60,932 nt of DNA, taken from assembly GCA_001929475.1 (NCBI GenBank), contig LXFE01000491.1, positions 1 through 60,932 of the forward strand. Reading direction: 5' to 3'. Source of the stretch: Neolecta irregularis DAH-3. Taxonomy: Eukaryota. Below are positions 23,301 through 35,215 of the stretch, piece after piece. Numbering within the stretch: the first letter of the stretch is position 1; each line of letters opens with the position of its first letter. Made by a program: the position numbers and the translations under genes. The notes beneath the pieces were generated by a model, which was given only the letters and a program-made list of their open reading frames with translations, did no database searches and was not told the DNA's origin.

Positions 23301-25933
23301 ACAGCAAAAAAATAGCGAAATAACAGAGCTCCCGGATGACCGCCCTCGAACCACAAGTACCACAGCTTCGGATGATACAATTGGCCAGTTCTTGCAAGAT
23401 GCGCAAGCCTTTTTCCAATTAGAATGTCAAGAGCATAGCTGCCAACGACGTGGCGCTGTTGTCAGTGCCCCGAACGAAGATATAATGGGAAACCTTGCTG
23501 AAGAATACGAAGCTCAAAGCAATTACGTGGTGAAACTTTTAGCTCCTCAGATTCAATTGATGAGCGAGAAAAATCAAGATGTCGTTGTCATTTTATCTGC
23601 AGGCTCCATGGAACTCAAAGTGGTCGCTATTGTCGATAAAGAAATCCTTGACGATGTAAGCGGCCTCGTGCAGCAGAGATTTTCCGTGACGATGGAGAAT
23701 GCACAGTTCTTTATAGCAGAAAGGGATGACTTTACTGATCCAAATGCACGTCTTCACTCGTCGAATAACTACGGATGCAGCCTCGACAACGATATGTGTT
23801 GGCCACCATGGGTTCCCCTGGAGACTGTCCTCGATTTCCAGTCCAGACCTGCTTCTTTCTCACGTGTAGTGAGCAGAACAAATGCAACTTTGCGATACGA
23901 CAAGTACAACAACTTGCGTCTAAAAGTCGATCGTCAAATCGACGAAAGCAGTCGAGACTCAGTAGGTCACCCTGCGCTATCCAGTAAGAGACAAGGGGAT
24001 ATCCTTTCTGTCAAATTTCCGGGTGTTGAAGCATTTGTCAATTCGTCGCAATACCGGGCTCTCACGCAAATCGTGATGGATCTTCTCATTTACTCTGAAC
24101 CATTTCACAAAGAGCAAAGCAAAAGGTTAGAAAAAATCATGTTGTCAACAGATTTTACCGACTTGGGAGGAGCTCCAGAAATGGTTGTTTCATTGCAAGA
24201 ACAACTTCGACAACTTGAGGAAATCAAAAACCAGTTCCAACTCTCGCGTCATCTCGATCGACAGAGTTGTATTGATCAGGTTACCCTCGAGTCGGAAATA
24301 CATGATTGCGAAGAAGACCTTTTCTTTTTGATGAAGGCAATCACTACAGCTCAACAAAAATTGGAGGACCGCGAAAGGGAAAATTCGCCTTCTGTCCGTT
24401 GGTATATCTCTACTGAGGATCTGATTTGGCATCTCCTCGGAGAAGGGGATGCGCCGTTGGTCGATCTTCGACTCAGCAAAGCTCGTTATGGCCGCGTGGA
24501 TAATACTGATGGTTCTAACTTCAATATCGTTGAGGTCGATGAGATGCAAGGCACTAATCTACTCGAGAACAGTACATATCCCCAACTTCTTGACAAGTAT
24601 GAAGGAAAGAATGGAGAGCCTGTTACAAGTCGTAGAAAGCTTGTTTCAGCTTACTGGTATATGCTCGAGTCTATCGGAGGAATCCCAATAATTAACCACT
24701 TCGAACTTGATTTGGCTCCCCTGCTGCTTCAGCTCGACCACAAGATTGCTAAAATCCTGTTCGCTTACGCATTCCCCGAAAAAGATAGCGTTGTTTCATC
24801 GAATATAGGCAAGGAGAAGGAATTTGAGGACGAGGATGAGGATGACAGTGAGGCTGAAATACTCAGAATGAATGGCGAACGTTACAAATTTCCCGGGAAG
24901 ATTTCTCCAAACAGTGGAAGCGGATCTGCCTCTCCTGCACGGATTACCAGTCGTTCCTTTTTAGCTCCTTCCGATATAGGTGGTGAAAGAAAGGTTTCAT
25001 CAGATGCCGCCTCTATCCGGTCTTCTAGATCCACTGCTTCAAAGCTTTTCCGGAGTGGAAGTGAACAAAAGACCGAACCTAGTCAAGCAGATGACGTGAC
25101 GAGCATGATGTCTCGTGCTTCTAATAATATTGCTCTTGTCAAAGCTAGAATTCCGAGATTTGTACTTTGCTTGAGCTACAAGGTATCATACCATAAAAGG
25201 GTGAAATTTAATTGGAAATAGGGTGCTTCGAAACGCAATTTTGTCGATTGTCAACAATTTGAGCTTACTCTTCCTACGATAGAGTACGCGTATAAGATGT
25301 GGTCATATATGGACTTAGCCCAGCATCTCAAGAAAGGTAAACTGTTGGAGAAGAACAGTCGCTAAATACTCTAGTTGTCACAAAGGCGGTCATCGGCCAC
25401 GCTGGAACTTTCCTCATAGAGAAAGCACGTCGTAAGAAGAAACCCGAACCAGCGCCTCGTCGATTATTTAAGAAGATTTCGATGCAGTCAATGCAGTCAA
25501 TGCGTTCGGGACAATCCAGCTACTCGAATGGAAGTGATCCGAGTGTTTCGTCTGAACGGCTTCACTCCCCTATAGACGTATCACCACCTCCTAGCGTGCG
25601 TTCAGCTCTGAAATCTATGACCAACGCAACTACGATCAGACAATCTGATGAACGGGCTGTCATGTTTCCTAGACAAGTTACCTTTAAAGGTTCAGAGAAC
25701 ACTCTTGATCCCGCACAGAGTGGAGACGAAGGCGAGACGAGAGAGGTATGTTTTCATACACGAGGCACAACAGTGATACGTAGAGTTTTTTGAGCAGGAC
25801 ACTTATAAACCTTCGTGGAAAACCAAATGATACTGACCCTGAAGAAGGAAAACTACACAGGGCGAAACTTGACACCATCAAGTTCAATCGCCGAACTAAT
25901 AACGCGAGCAGCGGATCTGAAAAAGACGAATGA
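17375..25933 (+). CDS. FMP27: Bridge-like lipid transfer protein Fmp27/Hobbit/BLTP2 (about 9 exons)
   Basis: N-terminal anchor, DPFEARLGLIWRVGLAEQKSR, signature LGFWDKIRL and WPPWVPLE motifs, C-terminal GGIPIINHFE and LCLSYKG. Confidence 0.95.
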
Positions 25934-26256
25934 CGCATTCATTTCTAATTTAAAATCTATCTTCTTATCCATTCATTATATTCATTGTATAGCTACTTTG
26001 GCGTTCGGGATAGGAGGGAGAGATGGATGGATGGATGAAACTGTACCAATCGCTACATTCTAACGATCATACGATCCTTGGCTGGTATTCATATACGGAT
26101 CTTTTGAAAGAGTGGTAGTCTCGGGTGTTGAAGATCATTCTTTTGTCATACAAATCGTTCATTTCTATACCTGTTGAGGTCACTTCTCACATAATCTTAA
26201 GACAACGACTTTGTTTAAATTAATATATGCAGCTCCCTGACACCGACACAGTAGCT

Positions 26257-26695
26257 TCAAGAATTCTGCCGTAAAATAGTATCAATATGCTGTTTTGAAT
26301 TATGGCTTGTGATCTCAAGATTCTGAAGTTGCGACGAAAGTTTCCTGATATTCTGTTGACCTGCATCAATTTGAGACTGGAGGTCTGTCCGGATGTCAGA
26401 AATATCTGCCTTGATAAACCTGGACTAGTCAGTTGTGCCAATTCAAGAATATTACATCTTTCCAACCCCTGTATAAACATTATTTTCCACATTGAGGCCA
26501 CAACATTGAGTCAGCGTAAGTTCTAATTGCCGGACTTCAGTTTCTTTTGATTGAAGCTGACTTTTGACAATGAGGATTTTCTGACGAGATGATTCTTCCT
26601 GGATTTGGATCTCCTGAAGTAGCTATAGCATTAACGAGGGCTTATGTAACAGCTTAAATTACACGCTGTAGTGCTTCCTGCGACATGTTCGACAT
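26257..26695 (-). CDS. PFD1: Prefoldin subunit 1 (3 exons)
   Basis: Spliced product MSQEALQRLLQEIQ...IVKSQLQSKETEVRQLELT...VYTGVGKMFI...LQNLEITSHNSKQHIDTILR. Not in the ORF track as such. Confidence 0.9.
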
Positions 26696-27051
26696 TGTGC
26701 AAGGTGTTGATGAGTGGGATTGAAACGAGGCACAAAACTCACCACTAGCCCAAAAGTTAAATATTGAATAGATACGCACAAAGGAAACTAGACGTCTTTC
26801 CACTACGAAGAAACAAAACAGTAGAATAGGCTTGTCTGAAGAAACAACAAAAAAAGGTAATGGAAGAGAAGACAAATATTATATCCCCGTAATAGATTTG
26901 TAAAAAAACAACTTTGAAGAGATAAAAAGCCAAGAGGACCAATTCCAGGAGGAAACAGCTACCCTGCATATATGGGATACTGAACGATGTTGGGCATTCC
27001 TATAAAATAAGTCCTCAATATGCGCCTTTTAAGATAATATCCACTGCTGTT

Positions 27052-28258
27052 TTAAGCCCATACTTTGAGCTACAAGTTAGTGTTTAACAAACAAATTGTG
27101 CTATAATACCAAAGAATCCCAGGATCCTGTGCACAAACTTAGGCCATCTGTACTGACCCCAAGACAACTGACTCGATTGTCGTGACCGGTGAGTACTCCA
27201 ACACGATCGCCCTTCATTACATCCCAAACATTACAGTTGAAGTCATCGTACCCAGCAAAGAGTAATCGGCCGGAACCGGAGAAGGCAACTGAAGTGATAC
27301 CGCAGAGTATGTTATTCGACTAAATTATCAGCTAGGTTCAAGTGGCATCTCCATACAGCATATTGATTCAATTCTCGATCAGCCCGAAGATCAAACAACC
27401 GACAAGAAGCGTCATCAGAACCGGTTCCAAAGGCGTCACCATTAGGGAAAAACCTGGCTCATCAGAGGCATACTAAATTAAAAGTCCAGCATACTGTACT
27501 GCATTGATATCAGATTCGTGGCCAGTGAATGTCTGGACAACTTTTCCCGTGCGAATATCCCATATCTTGGCGAAGGCGTCACATGCGCCTGAAACGAAGA
27601 TGTTCTGGTTGGCTGGATTGATGCTCAGACTCATCACGTCACCGAGATGATCAGTGAATTCAGAGACTTTGGTGCCTGAGTCGATATCCCAAAGCATGCA
27701 GGACATATCACCGCTTGAGGTAAGAATTCTTCGATCATTGATAAATCGGCAGCAAGAAAGGTATCCGGAATGGGCTGAAAGTTCCCTCGAGACGCGACTT
27801 GGGCCATCCCGAGAAGTAAGATTATAGATGCTGCATATATTATCGAGGCCGCCGCATGCGACAAGGTTCCCACTAGGAGCATATGCACAAGTCATGACCC
27901 AAGAAGAACGCAGCGGAATAGCATGGACCTTGTTTGTCGTATACGCGTCCCAAATTATTAATTTTCCATCCTGCGAAGCGGAAACGAGATGGCGTCGATC
28001 GGTTGCCCAGTGCATAGCATAGATCTTGGCGAGATGACCCTTGAGGGTCTTTCGGATCTTGATGCTTATCCGGGGTAGACTGTCGAGATCTTTGGCCTCG
28101 CTAACAACTAGAACAAGATATGTCAGTGATGTCCTTCCAGAGCAGGTACACGACATACTGGAAGTATCATTTAGCTCTTCTTTCTTCCTTTTGATCTTAT
28201 CCTTTAGAGCTTCAGCTTCCCTGCGGCAAGCAGCGATTTTTTCTTGCACGTCGGCCAT
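27052..28258 (-). CDS. Heterotrimeric G-protein beta subunit (5 exons)
   Basis: [64 protein letters not shown] and [13 protein letters not shown]. Confidence 0.98.
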
Positions 28259-28879
28259 TCAACTGAGATGTATGCACTGTAAATATCAGAACTGCCGAGC
28301 TGGGAATGTGTGGTATCTTGGCAAGGAACAGAGGTCAGAGTAGTGTATGCTGTTGCAAAGGGGCTGGTCGACGACAAGATTGCCGATAGAACAGCAGAAT
28401 GTGCAGAATGGCAGCACCAGACCAGGATGGAGGTGGTTGTAATAGAAGATACGAGAAGGAGGCTAGGGGACGTGGGGGAGGGGAGCAGAGGAGAGTGAAA
28501 GAGGTTGGGCTGAATCCGGCTGCTTCCCAAACAGCAAGGGCGCCTCTTGCAGTTTGCCATAAGCGAAAACCAACCTTCAGGTCGACTACCGCGTCGGTAT
28601 ACTGGAAAGCATATATACACACTGGCTCGCGCTGCGATTCCTGTAGATAATACCACAGCACAGTACATGCCCACCCCTGAAAATACCCGTATTTGAAGAC
28701 AATGTTGCCCCCCCGAAACATTGTATCAAAAGATGGAGCAATTTCCGATGAATGATTGTGCAGACGCTTACATTTCCATTTCCCGGTAGATCTGCGCCCG
28801 GCCAGATCCGAAACCCGACCTTTTTCCATTCTACTCTTTTGCCCATTTCATTCTCCGCCAGTCACGCAACTGCCATATT

Positions 28880-29568
28880 ATGTTCAGATCGCCGTCTCTG
28901 CGGACGGCAGTGCCGAGATTGCCTACCGCATGTCAATGTGCTCACAGAAGGCAATTGCGGTTCACTTCGTCTCACGCACATTCTGCCAAGCAATCGAGCG
29001 ATATGCCGTGGCTCATCGGCTCGGCGATTTTTGCTGCTGCTGGCGTACATTTCATGTGATTGGATTCCATTTGATGCGGTAGGTCGGATACCTCCTTCGA
29101 CCGCAGTCGTCCAGCAGTAATAAACACTCCACCAGCCATGCAAAAGACAAGATCGGGGAGGTTGTAAGAGAGCAACATCATCAAACATCTAGTGGCGATG
29201 AAACCGCTACCGACTTGGCAACACAGACTGAAAATGAAGAGAAATCAGAACCCACCGACGGTGAAGAGTCGACATCAGATGAAGAGAACGATGAGCCCGA
29301 AAAATCCACATCTGATGACCATGTGAGACAGGCCTGAATATCCCTTCTTATCATACAGCAACACACAGATACCAAAAATTCAGAGAAACAAGGTGGTCTC
29401 TCCAATGACATGTACCAACCCTTCTGCAAGGATACAAACATCAATAGGACTAACATCAAAAAAGAGGGTGGCAAAGTTGAAGTATCCCCCGGCGTCCAGA
29501 ACCCTCAAAAGGAATTTGGCACGATTGAAGCCGAAGATAGAAAGGATGAACATAAAGATGAGAAGTAG
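28880..29568 (+). CDS. Small predicted mitochondrial single-pass protein with acidic C-terminus (at least 3 exons)
   Basis: MFRSPSLRTAVPRL...RRQLRFTSSHAHSAKQSSDMPWLIGSAIFAAAG|VGYLLRPQ (Arg-rich presequence then TM), an E/D/S/T-rich segment and SEKQGGLSN. GT-AG introns keep the frame. Confidence 0.7.
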
Positions 29569-29650
29569 AATGAGATTACAGTCGTGTGTGGGCACAGCCC
29601 ATTATTCCAGACCGGTACCAGAGTAATTACATAGAAATGCAACCCTCGAT

Positions 29651-32600
29651 CTACTCGAATAACAATTTGATATTCTCCAATGTTTTCAGTTTTCTTTCGT
29701 CGTTGGTCATACTCAACGAACTAGCCACAAAGTTTTTCCGGTCCTGGATAACCAACATCCGCTCTTCGATAGAATCTTTAACAATGAATCTGACAATTCT
29801 GACATTTTCAGTTTGTCCCATTCTATGTATCTAAAATCAGATATTGCAACAAACCGCAGATACCCGATCAATTGCTTGACTCTCTGTTGCAAAATTCCAG
29901 TATGGATCCATCATGAATGCTCGACTCGCCGCAACTAGATTTAATCCAACGCCCCCGGCTTTTAAACTTAACAGTAATACCAAATTCCCTGTATGGCTTT
30001 TAAACTGATCGAGAACTCTAGTCCGTCCTTTCTGATCTATACTCCCGTCTAACCTCACATACTTTATGCCTTCCCTAAAATGTCATATTCTCACGCATAT
30101 TACCGGGATAAACCGTTTAAACATATGTTCAATAGTATTCAAAAACGAAGTAAACTGACTAAACACAACGCATTTCGTACCAGGTTGGGTCCTTCGAATA
30201 GAAATTAAATGACCCAACAGTGCATTCAGCTTCGCCGAAGAATAGGAATTAAATCGACGTAGACTGACATTTCCCAGGGTCTGAGTTCCTTCAGGATCAC
30301 AGCGGATAACGCTATACAAGTCGTTTTCAGTGTACGGTTCCCGGCATTGAAAACAACTAGTAGGTTCGCCTTTTTCTTTTTGAGTCTGAGATTTAGCTTT
30401 CGAGAATAAGAGTAGGAGACCTCGATGTACCGCAGAAAACAGGGTTTACAAGCCATATGCCAACATGGGGTGATAGTCTCTTCCATGATCGGTTCAAAAC
30501 AATACGGGCATTCATCAAGACTCCCCTGCTTGATTTTCTCAATGACCGCGGTTCCAAATGTATTTTTATCCGCTTTATCTTGGCTGTTGAAATTGGCAAC
30601 AAGGTTTGACAATGCAGCATCGTCAATCAGTCCGTCGTCGTTTGGTGCAACGTCTCCATCGTCAATTGTATCGACAGTCTGTTTAACGAGACTAGGATGA
30701 TCGCAACATTGACGCAATCGAAGAATCATACTCAAAATCGTGGTATAATTCTTCAAAATCGTTCCAGCTTTTACATTTGCAGTAAATGTCTGCTTGGCTC
30801 GGGTATATATTAAATCGTAAATTTCCCGTTCCTTGGATGAAAGTTCCAAGTAGTCCTTTTCGATTACTTTATCGGGTAACACAACGATCGGATTTCCGTT
30901 TACATCTTTCATATCTTTGGTCCGTCGAAGGACTAGCGGTTCGAGTACAGTCTACTGTTAGTAGATAACAAAACGTATATTTACCTGAACGACATCCATC
31001 GCACAAAGGTAATCGCCACTTTCAAAAGGAACAGTAATAAACGTCCTCCAATACGAGAAATGTCCCCAGGGCTCGATTCCAAGGAAATTAACTAAACTGT
31101 ACAAATCCTCCAATTTATTCACAATTGGAGTTCCGGTCAAGACCCACCGACGTTTAGCTTCAAGGTGATAACATGCCCGTGCAGTTTTACTGGCCCGGTT
31201 TTTTATTAAATGTGCTTCGTCAAGTATAATCCGGAAAAACTCGACAGCAAATAAACCAATTTGATTTCTCGGTGACTTCTCTGTATCAAGTTTACTCCAT
31301 TCGGATTGGACTACACCATAACTAGTGATGACGACGTTTGGCGCAGACTTTCCGGTGCACAAAACTGAAAGATCGACATGTTTATCATTTCCATAGTACA
31401 CCAATACAGAAAGCGAATTTCCTCTTGATACAGCTTCTGCTTCTGATTTCCACTGGGATAAAAGTGACATTGGGGCTACTACTAGTGTTGTATTAGAGGC
31501 GAATTTAACACCTGGGGTAGACGATGTATAGTCTAATTCGGTGCATCTAACAAGGTGGATGAGACTGTACTTGGTTAAAGAACGTTGGCAGGGTATACCT
31601 CAGCATTTCAATAGTTTTTCCCAGACCCATTTCGTCTGCTAGAATTCCTCCTTTACAAGCCTGAGTAACAGCAGGAAACTCTAGACTCAATTCACCTCAA
31701 GATTAGATGGCGAGAGGTAGGTAGAACGAACCTGAATAGGGATTCATGTAGAATTTGGTTTCTCCTTTATGAACGATTTCGCTGTCATTCTGGTCTCTTG
31801 TGGGCCAATGATATTCCTGCCAAAGGGGGTGCATACTGACCGTCTGTCTCGCAGAATCGTCTTGCATCTCCTTGTGCGACATCCAGTAAAGGGCTTGCTT
31901 CTGATAATGCCGCAGTTGGAATTTGAAGGTTGAAGGAGGGTCAGCGGTAGGCATTTTTAAATCGAATAATTGAGCTTTCTTGTATAGTGCGTCGAGTTGA
32001 TCGCTTTCAACTTGTTTGCCACCATCTTCATCCTCTTCGGAGCTATATATTTTGTTGTCTAGTGGTTTCTCTGGGGTTTTCTCGACTGCGATGACTTGAG
32101 CTTGTGAAAAATTTCCTGATTTGGATGGTTCCAGGTTGATTTGATTGAACAATTTGAGGATGGCAAGTCGACGAGCTTTGAGAAGATGATCTTGATTAGT
32201 ACCTGTATCAGATGGATGCTGAAAAGGATGTTTTTGATCGGTTTTTATTTCAGGACGTTTCTGATTTATTTTAGGGCCCTCCTGATCAGTCTCTCTTTCC
32301 AACCGATGCTTCTGATCCATATTCTTCTGATCATTCTCTCTTTCAAAAGACCGATTCTCAATCCCAAATGCATTTCGAATGACAAAGCAACGAATTTGTA
32401 TAGCAAGACAGTCTGCAACGGCAAGTAATTCAGGTGAGTATATACAAATTCCATCAAATTCGCATATTCCAAGATCGATTAAAGTAGATATTAAGCCAGC
32501 CCACTCTGTAGCCAACTTAGCGATTTCTTTTCCTTTGGAATTTATGATTCGTACGACAGTATTGGTTTTTAGAGAGGTGGATGGAAATAAACGTTTGGAT

Positions 32601-33142
32601 GAAGATGAGTTCAACGAATGTGTTTTGCCCGAGGTTTGTTTAACGAAAATGGGTCGTTCGATTTTTACGATATCGCCTGCGGCAATGAGGTTTCTGCCAG
32701 AGGTTGTTGCGATGGCTTCGCAGCCCAGACAGCCTAGGTATTTTCGCGTCCATGAGCAAGAGGGTGTAGCGGGCCGAGTGGGTATAGGTGAAATGCCGGG
32801 CTGGGGTTTATTGAATGCAAGTTTGGCTTGCTGGTGTCCAATTTCTTTTGGGTAATTCTTGTAAGATCCGTCGTAAAAGTAGTTTATGGCACGTGTGATA
32901 TTTCCATCCGACATTTCTTTGAGGAGTGCAATAGTGGAAGGGGAGACATGGCTGCCTAGAATTGCTGGGAGTGCTGAGAACAGGAGCGGTAATGTGTGAT
33001 CTTTGGCGGGAGGCGGAGGGATAGGAGAGAGGTTTCTGGATGTTTTGTTCTCTGGAGGCAGCTCTTCTTCTGGGCGAAAGAAGCGCAGACGTTTGGGCGG
33101 GGGAGCTGCCGGGTCTTCTGGTGGTGGTGTTTGGTTGGTCAT
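29651..33142 (-). CDS. RAD5: DNA repair helicase/E3 ligase Rad5 (HIRAN, SNF2, RING, helicase C; 7 exons)
   Basis: LRHYQKQALYWM, NPYSGELSLEFP, GGILADEMGLGKT, RIILDEAH, RING CPYC...CWHMACKPC, VVFSQFTSFL, SLKAGGVGLNL and QAIDRIHRMGQ. Confidence 0.96.
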
Positions 33143-33421
33143 GCCTTTTAGGCTGTATGACACAACAGGTATAATAAATAACACGGCCTAGATAATGGTG
33201 CTTAATATGTATCTATCCATGATCCTGGTGTGGCACATCTGCTGAATCAGTCGCAGTCCGGGAATAGTCAGGATATCAGAGCACTCCCATGCAACGGTAA
33301 GGACGAAGCCAGGGGAAGTGGTGGAGTGTGAATGATGGCGGCGGAAGCGGGTGATTCCGGAACGTATCCCAGCATTCCGTTGCAAGTCTATCCAGCTCCT
33401 TTAGTCTGTCTGCCAGTCCCC

Positions 33422-33604
33422 GTACTCTGTCACTGCCCTCCAGTTGTCGTACTCAGTTACAGTACTCAGCTGCCGTACTCCGGTACCATTACCACTCTAG
33501 AACCAGTACCAATACTGCAGTACTCTCTAACCTGTACCGATCCCTGCAATACTCTACTTAAGTACCACATATTCCCAGAACCACAGTAACCCGTCAAACA
33601 GTAC
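33422..33604. repeat. Cluster of ten GTAC cores in the divergent intergenic region
   Basis: GTAC at 33422, 33449, 33462, 33475, 33483, 33506, 33520, 33534, 33562 and 33601. Confidence 0.7.
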
Positions 33605-33667
33605 TCTACAGAAGAACTAAAGCACCCACCACATACACCTATACTCACCACTAATATCTACCCATCA

Positions 33668-33958
33668 ATGCCACTCACCCTTCCCTTCCATATCGACCTG
33701 GCCAATCTCGATCCGCCGCCGCTAGTGCAATCCACACTCACCCCCATCCTCACTCCTCCGGAACTCTCCCACGCTGCAATCCACTCTCAGTCCCTCATCG
33801 GCTCTGCAAAGCACGAGTGCAGGTCCCAACTCGTCAAAGTATCCGCTGCCTCTGAAGACCGAATCTACTCGCCCTCGCACTCCCGAGTCCCCTCATCCAC
33901 TACTCCCACCTACGTCAGCTTCCCCAGGCTCGACCCAGACCCTGCCACCGATCACTGA
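33668..33958 (+). CDS. Small Pro/Ser-rich hypothetical protein (96 aa)
   Basis: ATG-initiated ORF, C-rich like neighbouring coding DNA, ends TYVSFP..., followed by AT-rich UTR-like sequence. Confidence 0.5.
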   Translation: MPLTLPFHIDLANLDPPPLVQSTLTPILTPPELSHAAIHSQSLIGSAKHECRSQLVKVSAASEDRIYSPSHSRVPSSTTPTYVSFPRLDPDPATDH

Positions 33959-34291
33959 TCCTCAAATACCATGGGCTATATGCATTCTCTTTATTTATAT
34001 TCATCCTCTCTCTATTTATCCTTGTTCTATCCAGTAATTCCTACCAGGACTCTTTAAAAGTTTAACATTGCGCAGTTTTGTAATACTTCATAATACACGT
34101 TCTTTGTATCCATTCTTTCGTTTAACTGGTAATTTTATATCCAATGAGATGTAGCTCTTGCGCTATTATCCTTGTACTCCTGATTTCTCGTCGTGGTTTC
34201 TCTCAGTCACCCATCTTACGAGATTTAATTATAGTCGTCCCAGGTGGTTCCATAGCCGCTCTAATCTCATCCTTCAAGGCCGAGTGCAACC

Positions 34292-34596
34292 ACCACCCAA
34301 AAGTACCTCTGCATTCAACCAATCAAATTCACATCCAAAGTATCCCTACATTAACTTAATCTAACAGACAGAGTGACATCCAAAGTTCCTCTTGATAACC
34401 AAGTCTAACAGAAGGGCCACATCCGACGTCCCTCTGCATTCAATCCAATCTAATAAATAGATCATATCAAAGTACATCTACATCACTCATTCAACCAGAG
34501 TGATTCAACCAGACTGATCATATCCAAAGTACCTCTACATCCGAAAAGACTGATCACATTTAAAGTACCTCCGCATTCACCCCAATCTAATCAAAG
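34292..34596 (+). repeat. Degenerate tandem array of seven intron-like units upstream of NDUFA6
   Basis: GT starts at 34303, 34340, 34385, 34428, 34472, 34529 and 34565. Consensus approx. cacatccaaa|GTACCTCTGCATTCAACCCAATCTAA...AG. Confidence 0.85.
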
Positions 34597-35038
34597 TGGT
34601 TACAAACCCAACCCACCTTGCGGTTCGAACACGCTCAAGTTTGAATGCCCTGGACGCCCGCAAAAGAGTTTTACATCTCTACAGGAATTGGCAACGGGCT
34701 GCTCCACAAGTCACTTCCCTTTATCTCCTCGAAGTCCCCGTGAGCGCCGTCCGCGCCAAAGTACGACAAGAATTTGAAAAACATCGTTTTATCGAAGACC
34801 TCCCTGTCATCGACATGTTGATATTCAAAGGCACTGCAGAATTTCAAGTTTGTATCAAATTAACCCGAGACTCAAAAGTCTAGGAAACACTCAATTTTTG
34901 GAAACAAGAGGGACATGTAATGCAGTATTTCAAAACAGACGAGCCCATGATGAAAGGGCCGCAATGTTTGTTTCCGCAGACTGCCGTTCTGATCATTTAG
35001 CATTCCTGGGAAAGTTTTTAGAAGGAGAACCTCTGTGA
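34564..35038 (+). CDS. NDUFA6: Complex I accessory subunit NDUFA6/B14 (LYR family); ATG split by an intron
   Basis: DARKRVLHLYRNWQRAAP...SAVRAKVRQEFEKHRF..DLPVIDML...EFQ|ETLNFWKQEGHVMQYF...FLGKFLEG. No genomic ATG: A(34564) joins TG(34597-8) across a 32-nt GT-AG intron. Confidence 0.9.
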
Positions 35039-35215
35039 TTTGAGACTTGGAATACATAGGCTAGATTCGAGTACAGTATAATCACAGGCCGTAGGGGACA
35101 CCGTAAATAGAGAGCTACAACTTTGAACTGAATCATCGAAATAGGTCAAAACACACTATCCTATCTACGGAGACAACTCAAATTTTTATATGGTAAAAAC
35201 ATCCGCAAAATGTGA

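Noticed and set aside
17375-25933. Fragmented ORFs interpreted as pseudogenes
   Set aside because: Each frame change in FMP27, and in most other genes, is explained by a short GT-AG intron.
28204-28674. uORF overlapping the G-beta start
   Set aside because: Its ATG lies upstream of a TATA-like motif near 28610-28617, so it is probably not in the mRNA. The proximal 300 nt are AUG-free.
34292-34596. CRISPR-like repeat-spacer array
   Set aside because: Eukaryotic context, whole units are degenerate copies of each other, no unique spacers and no cas genes.
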